A stretch of 64,000 bases of DNA, taken from the NCBI GenBank assembly GCA_964539135.1, contig CAZIFG010000001.1, positions 1,251-65,250 of the forward strand. Reading direction: 5' to 3'. The DNA is from an uncultured Rickettsiales bacterium (GTDB lineage Bacteria > Margulisbacteria > Marinamargulisbacteria > GCA-2716485 > CAZIFG01). Positions 57,677 to 64,000 of this stretch are shown here, in pieces (the stretch's first letter is position 1; each line of letters starts with the position of its first letter). The notes below the pieces were generated by a model. That model worked only from the letters and a program-made list of their open reading frames with translations, searched no databases and was not told where the DNA came from. A program made the position numbers and the translations under genes.

Positions 57677-59526
57677 GAATGAATGTGTTCGGCCATTTCA
57701 ACATCGTATAAAATATCATCAAATTGATGGCGATATAAGGGCATGTTGAGTCGTTTTTCATCTAACACATGGCCGATAAATCCGATGGTTCTCCCCAATA
57801 TAAAAAAGGCATTTAGTGTGCCTGTTTCGATGAATTCTTGAATTTCACTGTCGGTATAATTTAAGCCTTTCCACATGTCCACCATGAGAACGCCTATGGC
57901 ACCATCTACATTTAAAATTAAATTGTCTTTTTTAGAGGATGTAATGAGTTCTACTTTTGAGGCATAGTCTAATAAAGGGGTGCTTGGAAATGCAGTTTTG
58001 GCATATTCTTTTAGACTTTTGACTCGAAGGTCAGGGTTTCTTAAGGATTTAATGCGATGTCCGATTCCAGGGATGGGAATGCCTTTTTGTTTCATGCTTT
58101 CTACAAACTCTCTGGGGTCTTGAGCGCTGTCATAGGCGATTTTAAAATGGCGTGCTGTATCATCAATGGCACCCCCAAATTTGGGACCTATGGTTAAAAG
58201 ACCACTGGCTAAGCAGGATACGACGTCTTTACCTGCGCGTGCCGAGACCCTGCAATTGTGGGCGCCGCTGACCGCAGGCCCGTGATCGGCGACGGTTTTT
58301 AAAACCGTTTCTATAAAATCGCTGGCCCATTTTGGATATCTTTTTTTGAACCATAATAAACTGACAACATCTGCGATGCTGAATCCTGTATCAGGTGTTG
58401 CTACTTTGCTGATGGGATATCCGGCGTAAACAGCTTCATCTCCTCTATCATCTGAAATGGTACAGATAAAGCTGGTTTCTTTTCTGATTTTACCTTCTTT
58501 TTTTGCCGTTGAAAAATCGATGGGAAGTTTTGGAATGACAGGTTCTTTTTGTTTTTGAATCACACCTTCCGCTTGAAGGCGTTGAAACACAGCATGAATC
58601 ATGTCTGGTAGTTCATTGAAAGATTTAGGGACTCTAAATCCAGCCTCTTTCATGGCTTCGTTTTTGGCTTTTGCGGTTTCTTTTTTATCATTAGCACTGG
58701 CACCGGCATGTCCAAATTGTACACTGGCGCTAAAATGTTCTGCGACGGTGCCAATACACCAGGCCACAATGGGTTTGGTTATTTTTCCAGATTTTACAGC
58801 TTCAATTACCTCATATTCTGCGAGTCCACCCACTTCTCCTAATAAAATGAAATATTTAATGTCAGGGTTTTTTTCCATTCGGAGGAGATGTTCGAGATAA
58901 GAAGACCCGGGATATCGATCGCCCCCTATGGCAATACCTTCTGAAATGCCATCCGCTTGAAGTGCTGTGATATTGGCCAGCTCATTAAAGAGGCCGCCAG
59001 ATCGTGTTACAAGACCTGCGGATCCTTTGAGGTGAAGTTTAGATTGGATAATGCGCTCGTTGGTACCGCCAAGATTCCCGGTTTTAAAGGCCCCGGGGGA
59101 AATGCATCCCACTGTTGCGGGACCAATAATGATTTTTTTGAGTTGCTTGGCTTGCGTATTGAGTTCTCTTGTGAGTCGTTCGGGAACGCCTTCTGCCGTG
59201 ATCATGATGGTTCGAATGCTTGGGATCTCTAAGGCTTCTTTTGTAACCTGATGGGCGGTTCTAAATGAGGCAAAATTGAGTAAAATATCAGCATGAGGGT
59301 ATGCTTCTGCGGCTTCTTCGGTGCATTTATAAATGGGGATAATGACCTCTGTATTTCCAAAGAAAAACTTTTCAAAGGAGGTGCTGCTTGTGGGATGAAT
59401 AATGGCGGCCACAGAGGGCGTTTTACGATGAATAATATAATCGTAATCCAACATGCGTTGAATGGCTTTTGCGTTGTTATTCCAAAATAAGGCCTGTGTT
59501 TCAGGGGTGAATAATGTGTTTGTCAT
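57673..59526 (-). CDS. aclA: ATP-citrate lyase alpha (large) subunit
   Basis: CoA-binding/ligase domains with phosphohistidine loop SVQFGHAGASA, plus a C-terminal citrate-synthase-like domain. 617 aa. Confidence 0.85.
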   Translation of the reverse strand: MTNTLFTPETQALFWNNNAKAIQRMLDYDYIIHRKTPSVAAIIHPTSSTSFEKFFFGNTEVIIPIYKCTEEAAEAYPHADILLNFASFRTAHQVTKEALEIPSIRTIMITAEGVPERLTRELNTQAKQLKKIIIGPATVGCISPGAFKTGNLGGTNERIIQSKLHLKGSAGLVTRSGGLFNELANITALQADGISEGIAIGGDRYPGSSYLEHLLRMEKNPDIKYFILLGEVGGLAEYEVIEAVKSGKITKPIVAWCIGTVAEHFSASVQFGHAGASANDKKETAKAKNEAMKEAGFRVPKSFNELPDMIHAVFQRLQAEGVIQKQKEPVIPKLPIDFSTAKKEGKIRKETSFICTISDDRGDEAVYAGYPISKVATPDTGFSIADVVSLLWFKKRYPKWASDFIETVLKTVADHGPAVSGAHNCRVSARAGKDVVSCLASGLLTIGPKFGGAIDDTARHFKIAYDSAQDPREFVESMKQKGIPIPGIGHRIKSLRNPDLRVKSLKEYAKTAFPSTPLLDYASKVELITSSKKDNLILNVDGAIGVLMVDMWKGLNYTDSEIQEFIETGTLNAFFILGRTIGFIGHVLDEKRLNMPLYRHQFDDILYDVEMAEHIHS

Positions 59527-60833
59527 GCTACAACTCCTTCTTTTTCTTCTTCTAAGGCCATGCGAATGATATCGGTAATATGGGTGTTTGGCCCATAGAC
59601 TTGGATGGGTAAATGGAGCCTTTCACCGGCAGCTTCCATTAACTTTAAGCCTTTTTCGTAGTTAGGGCCGCCACGACGTACGTATGTTTTTACCTTGTTT
59701 TTTTGAAGCGCGGGGGCAAATTCTTCAAGCGCTTGAATAATGCCTGCGAAGGTTTTGGCGACGTCTGTAAAATTGGCAATGGCGCCACCGATAATTAGGA
59801 TTTTATCTTCTTCTCTGGGGTGTTCGACCATTAACTCTAATAGGGTTTTGGTGTAAATATAGGTTTCTTCTGTGGTTGGATTCCCAGAGTATTCGCCGTA
59901 ATTGGCCAATTCACTGATGCCCCAGGCATTGTCTATGGTGTCAGCGTACACAACGGAGGCACCGCCGCCAGCTACCAAGGTCCAGAGTCGTCCATAAGGA
60001 TTCAGAATTGTGAGCTTTAAACTGGATCCAGATTCTTCATCTAAGGCTTTGATGCGTTCTTCAGCCGCACTTAAAGGACGCATGCCAAAGGGGGAGGGGA
60101 ATTCGATAGGGCCCCATTTTTCTGTGATTAAAAATTTTGCGGTATCGTCTACTTTGGCTACTGCATCTAAGAGATACACCGTATTGTCTTTAATGACGAC
60201 AGGATTGAGTTCTAAATAGCAAAAATGTAGGTCTTTAAAGAAGGCATAAAATTGTGTCGCAAATACGGTAAAGGGCGTGTTTTTTAATCCATTTGGCATG
60301 CCTTTTTCTATTTTAGAGGCGATATCTTGCTCTGATAGATTGAGCGGAATTCGTATTTCTGTGGTTTTGTCCCAATTTTCTTCTACTTCAATGCCACCGT
60401 AGGGACTGATGACTAAAATATCGTCATAATCGTCGGTTCGAGCTGAAATATAGTATTCTTCTTCTTGGTCGTGGGGGGCAAAGGGCTCCACAATGTAATG
60501 GGATAAAACACCTGAAATCCCTGATAAAAGGGTGGTTTCTTGTGTGTTGTGTTTTTCAATCCACTCACAGGCTTGTTTTAAATTGACATCACCTGCTTTT
60601 TTTTCTTTTAAATATACAAGGTTATTTTTGCCTCGTTTTCCAAATAGCATGTCGGGTTTTACAACCAGTCCGCTTTGATTCAACCATGGATTTACTTGGG
60701 TTTGATCTTTTAACATTTGTCCCGAACAGGCTAGAACAGAATTGAAATGATATTTAAATCCTTTGAAATACGTTTCCCAATGAGTATGAAATAGGGATTT
60801 ACAGGTGTATTCTCGTATGTCTCTTTGTGCCAT
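59523..60833 (-). CDS. aclB: ATP-citrate lyase beta (small, ATP-grasp) subunit
   Basis: ACL-type N-terminus (IREYTCKSLF...), ATP-grasp and citrate-binding regions. ATGA overlap with aclA. 436 aa. Confidence 0.85.
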   Translation of the reverse strand: MAQRDIREYTCKSLFHTHWETYFKGFKYHFNSVLACSGQMLKDQTQVNPWLNQSGLVVKPDMLFGKRGKNNLVYLKEKKAGDVNLKQACEWIEKHNTQETTLLSGISGVLSHYIVEPFAPHDQEEEYYISARTDDYDDILVISPYGGIEVEENWDKTTEIRIPLNLSEQDIASKIEKGMPNGLKNTPFTVFATQFYAFFKDLHFCYLELNPVVIKDNTVYLLDAVAKVDDTAKFLITEKWGPIEFPSPFGMRPLSAAEERIKALDEESGSSLKLTILNPYGRLWTLVAGGGASVVYADTIDNAWGISELANYGEYSGNPTTEETYIYTKTLLELMVEHPREEDKILIIGGAIANFTDVAKTFAGIIQALEEFAPALQKNKVKTYVRRGGPNYEKGLKLMEAAGERLHLPIQVYGPNTHITDIIRMALEEEKEGVVA

Positions 60834-60863
60834 TTTTTTGCCCCTTAAGGTTTAATTTGATCT

Positions 60864-61358
60864 CTAGTTGGAAATGCCTAATAGTGTTGCGACGGCAATT
60901 CCTATCCACAAAAATGTGCGCTGACGTTTCATTTCTTTGACTTCTTTTTTTAAGTCCCAGGCTATTTTTGTGAGATCATTATGCAGTGTTTCTTGTTCTG
61001 TTGAGAGTTGTTTTGTTTTTGCCATTAATTTTTTAATATTTTCATCTGCGGCTACAAAATTAGATTTAAAGGATTTTGATAAATGATTTAATTCTTGAAT
61101 ATCGGCTTTCGATAATTGAAGGGTGGTGTTTTCCGGGGTGTTGTTGATTTGATCAATTACCAAGGCCAATTCTTTTCGGGTGACGGGTTCTTTGGGTCTA
61201 AAATTATTATCTTCAAATAAGGTTAAATACCCGTTGTTGATACTATTTTCGATGGCTTTGTAACTGGTGTCTCGACTGTCCACATCGGCAATGGGTTCTG
61301 CGTGAATGAGGGCAGTGCTTAAGAGTAGTATTCCAAAAATAAATAGACTTTTTTTCAT
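60864..61358 (-). CDS. SLH-domain protein with coiled coil and C-terminal TM anchor
   Basis: Signal peptide, then SYKAIENSINNGYLTLFEDNNFRPKEPVTRKELALVIDQI (S-layer-homology pattern), then the hydrophobic C-terminus WIGIAVATLLGI. Confidence 0.5.
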   Translation of the reverse strand: MKKSLFIFGILLLSTALIHAEPIADVDSRDTSYKAIENSINNGYLTLFEDNNFRPKEPVTRKELALVIDQINNTPENTTLQLSKADIQELNHLSKSFKSNFVAADENIKKLMAKTKQLSTEQETLHNDLTKIAWDLKKEVKEMKRQRTFLWIGIAVATLLGISN

Positions 61359-63394
61359 TATTTCTCTCCTTTTATTTCAACCACTTCTACATGTTGAATG
61401 GCATAATTTTCATTGAGCGTGATTTCTGTTTTTCCTGCCTTTAAGGGCTTGAAATGCAACTTTACAATTTTTAGAAGCGGTTGTTTTTTTGTGTTTTTGA
61501 TACGTCTTATGCTTACCTCTCCGTCTCTTTCTGCTATTTTTTGGTCTAATTGTTCAATGTCTGAACTGGTGCTTGTTCGAATGAGTTCCAGCGCTTCAGG
61601 ATTGAAGGTAATGTTATAAAATGTTTCTTTAAAGGGTTGTGAATTTTCAATGTTAAATTCCACATAAAAAACATCGTCTAGGGAGACTGTTTTTTTGTCG
61701 GATGTGAGCGTTTTGATCATTAAAGGATCTGCGATATTAATGGTTTTTGTGATGGTTTTTTTCAGGGTTCCTTTTGCTTTTATACTTACACTGAGGGTTT
61801 CACGTTGTTTTGGATTGTTCGGCATTTTTATTTTCCAATTGATTTTAAGGGTTTCAAAGGGTTTTAAGAGGGCAATCTTTTTTTTTGCTGTTTCAAAGTT
61901 TGGAAGATCTAAACTTTTGGTATCAATTTCGGTTTCAATTTGTGAAATGCTGAACGATGATGGATTTTTAAGGGTTAATATGGCATCCGTATAAGCATTG
62001 AATCCCAGTATTTTTTTCACAGGTACATACAAAGAAGCTTCAATGTTTACAGCTGCGTTGAAATTGATTTTTCGCTTGACGCTGTTTTTTCCTAAGGTAG
62101 ATGAATTTACGTTCATTTCAATAAAATGAGTTCCGAAACTGGCTTCATTGGTTAAAATGACTTTGATGGGTACTTGTGCGGTTTCACCGGCTTTTATCAT
62201 GGGGATTTTTGTGGATAAGTTGCCTTTTGTAATTCGAAGCCCTTCTGGTAAGTCGAAGGTCACTTCTGTATTTTGAATGTCATATCCGCCTGGATTTAAG
62301 ATATATCCTAAAATCATAAATTCGTGGGGGGAGGTTAGCGGAACATTTGAAGGTGCGGTTAATCCTAACTTAATGGCGCCAGGAGATAAGGTGAGCCCGC
62401 CCAGTCCATAAATGGTTCGAATGGTGCGACTTTCTCCGGGTTGCAAGGAGATGGGGTTCCAATAAAGTCCCAATGCGGTATCTTGTTCGATTTCACCGGT
62501 TCGAATAAAGGGCCTGTTTTCTTCGTATTGAAAGTTCCAAGGGTTATCCACGAGCGTGCCCCAGTTGGATAAAACCATACGGTCTGGCGGAAAAACGCCA
62601 TGGTCTTTGTCAATGAGGGATCCTTGAGCAATGACATTGGGTGTTATTAAGGAATCAAAGGCTTGCCAATACTCTAAGATATTTTTTCCGATGTATTCTT
62701 TTTCTGCGGTAATGGCATCTTTTCCAATTCGGAAAGGCGCGCCATCGTTGGCGCCTAATTTGGTGTCCATCATGATTCTTAATCCCACGTTGTGAGGATC
62801 TTTACTGTGATTGATGAGTGTATATTCGATGAGGGCACTGTCTCGAACTTGTGTGGATGGGTTTGTATACAGTCTTAACTTTTGAATGATTTCAATGGGA
62901 CCTGCTTGTCCCTGTGTTGTAATATTTTCGGTGTCCTGTGCTTGAGTGAGGATGGTTCCAAATTGAATTTTTTCACCTACACGACGAATGAGTTTTTTGC
63001 TGGCTTCTCCAAATACAATGGGTCTTCCATCGACTAGCACTGTTGTGTAAGATGCCCAAGGGACGGGCTTTCCATAAATAAGAGATTGATTGTTGTCGTT
63101 TGGATTCTGGGGATCGCCTTGTGTTGTTTCAATTGCAAATCTGCCCATGTCTTCTTTTTGTGTATTGACGATGATTTTTACAAATTCATTTTCAAGGCTT
63201 GTGGTTCGTGAATCGGAATAAGATCTTGTGATTTCTTCTTGAGAATTTGGGCTTGAGATACTGTCGTCTACTGCTGTTTCTATTTCTTGGGAGTTTTCAA
63301 GTGTTTCCAGTGTAAAGGTAGGGGATTGGGCATGGAGTGTGCTTATGGTGAGCAATATCAATAATAATAGATATGATTTTAGTGTTTTTTTCAT
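61358..63394 (-). CDS. Large secreted hypothetical protein (678 aa), possible cohesin-like C-terminal module
   Basis: Signal peptide. The C-terminal YNITFNPEALELIRTS...LKIVKLHFKPLKAGKTEITL resembles cohesin-type beta-sandwiches. Confidence 0.45.
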   Translation of the reverse strand: MKKTLKSYLLLLILLTISTLHAQSPTFTLETLENSQEIETAVDDSISSPNSQEEITRSYSDSRTTSLENEFVKIIVNTQKEDMGRFAIETTQGDPQNPNDNNQSLIYGKPVPWASYTTVLVDGRPIVFGEASKKLIRRVGEKIQFGTILTQAQDTENITTQGQAGPIEIIQKLRLYTNPSTQVRDSALIEYTLINHSKDPHNVGLRIMMDTKLGANDGAPFRIGKDAITAEKEYIGKNILEYWQAFDSLITPNVIAQGSLIDKDHGVFPPDRMVLSNWGTLVDNPWNFQYEENRPFIRTGEIEQDTALGLYWNPISLQPGESRTIRTIYGLGGLTLSPGAIKLGLTAPSNVPLTSPHEFMILGYILNPGGYDIQNTEVTFDLPEGLRITKGNLSTKIPMIKAGETAQVPIKVILTNEASFGTHFIEMNVNSSTLGKNSVKRKINFNAAVNIEASLYVPVKKILGFNAYTDAILTLKNPSSFSISQIETEIDTKSLDLPNFETAKKKIALLKPFETLKINWKIKMPNNPKQRETLSVSIKAKGTLKKTITKTINIADPLMIKTLTSDKKTVSLDDVFYVEFNIENSQPFKETFYNITFNPEALELIRTSTSSDIEQLDQKIAERDGEVSIRRIKNTKKQPLLKIVKLHFKPLKAGKTEITLNENYAIQHVEVVEIKGEK

Positions 63395-64000
63395 TATTTA
63401 AACTCGTGCTCTAGGCGTATTTTACCATTGGCGTATTGCATTAAGGCTCCTTTTTTCTTGAGTTCTCCTTCTATAATTGTTTTAATAAATACGGCATCTA
63501 ATTCTTTAAATCCTGTTGATTTTATAATTTCATACTCTGTGACCGTACCATCTGCACCTATTGTGGCATTTACTATGATGGTGCCTTTCCATTCGTTTGT
63601 AATGGCAATTTTAGGCGTTACAAGGGATATGGATGAATAGGTTCCGGTTCCGTCTGGCGAACCAGGTAATTGTGACGCAGATCCAGGCCTTGCGGTGTTT
63701 TGTCCGTCAGGGGATCCAGGTGATTTTGAAATGGCACCTGGTTTTGTTGTTTCTTTTCCTTTGGCATCTCCAGGAGTTTGTATCGAATTGGCTTTGGGTT
63801 TGGCTGCGGCACTTGTTCCTGTTTCTGCTTTTTCAAATGGGGCAATGGTTGTGGCTTTAACCTCTGCTTTTAATGGGGGTTCTGGATCTTGTATGGTGCC
63901 TGTTTCTTCTGTTGTGGCTTCTTTTTGAATGACGGTTTCAATGCTGAATTTTACCGGAATTTCATAGGCTTTGGGCGTGCTTTGTGTTACAATCACGTGC
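63394..64000 (-). CDS. TonB-like protein, C-terminal part (the N-terminus lies beyond the window end)
   Basis: Pro/Gly-rich spacer (PGSPDG repeats), then a TonB-C-like GTIIVNATIGADGTVTEYEIIKSTGFKELDAVFIKTI. The frame is still open at the window edge. Confidence 0.5.
   Translation of the reverse strand, partial: HVIVTQSTPKAYEIPVKFSIETVIQKEATTEETGTIQDPEPPLKAEVKATTIAPFEKAETGTSAAAKPKANSIQTPGDAKGKETTKPGAISKSPGSPDGQNTARPGSASQLPGSPDGTGTYSSISLVTPKIAITNEWKGTIIVNATIGADGTVTEYEIIKSTGFKELDAVFIKTIIEGELKKKGALMQYANGKIRLEHEFK

Overview
AT-rich bacterial chromosome segment from a diderm, LPS-producing organism (lptD, lptF/G, lnt, split rfaE/hldE, flgH/flgI). I cannot assign the lineage from sequence alone. 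Coding density is high, and many neighbouring genes overlap by 1-4 nt (ATGA or TAATG).

Gene content by region:
- 1-37 kb, housekeeping genes: rpmE-prfA-prmC, a sigma-54 activator, ispE, a parvulin PPIase, pnp, rpsO, def-panD-lysA-panB-cysS, hom, tsaB, infA, pepN, ogt, a DJ-1 family protein, sufE-hemB-hisI, tRNA-Arg, an ABC exporter, rfaE, lepA and pabBC.
- 37.2-47.9 kb: a 14-gene flagellar basal-body cluster on the plus strand.
- 47.9-64 kb: a minus-strand envelope and metabolism block (lnt, lptD, a TPR protein, lptF/G, rpsU, a HIT protein, holB, ATP-citrate lyase aclBA, an SLH protein, a TonB-like protein).

The most unusual feature is a family of about 142-bp palindromic miniature elements. 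Each has 21-bp terminal inverted repeats and 5-bp flanking direct repeats. There are five full copies and two fragments, all within the first 30 kb.
- One copy sits in frame inside ispE. Removing it together with one flanking repeat restores a canonical IspE motif.
- A second copy sits in the same element frame, 10 codons into ogt, and carries a single TAG immediately followed by an ATG.
- Other copies lie directly upstream of infA, the PPIase gene and the ABC exporter gene, or form the likely terminator after prmC.

No transposase, CRISPR array, rRNA or recognisable defence system is present in this window.
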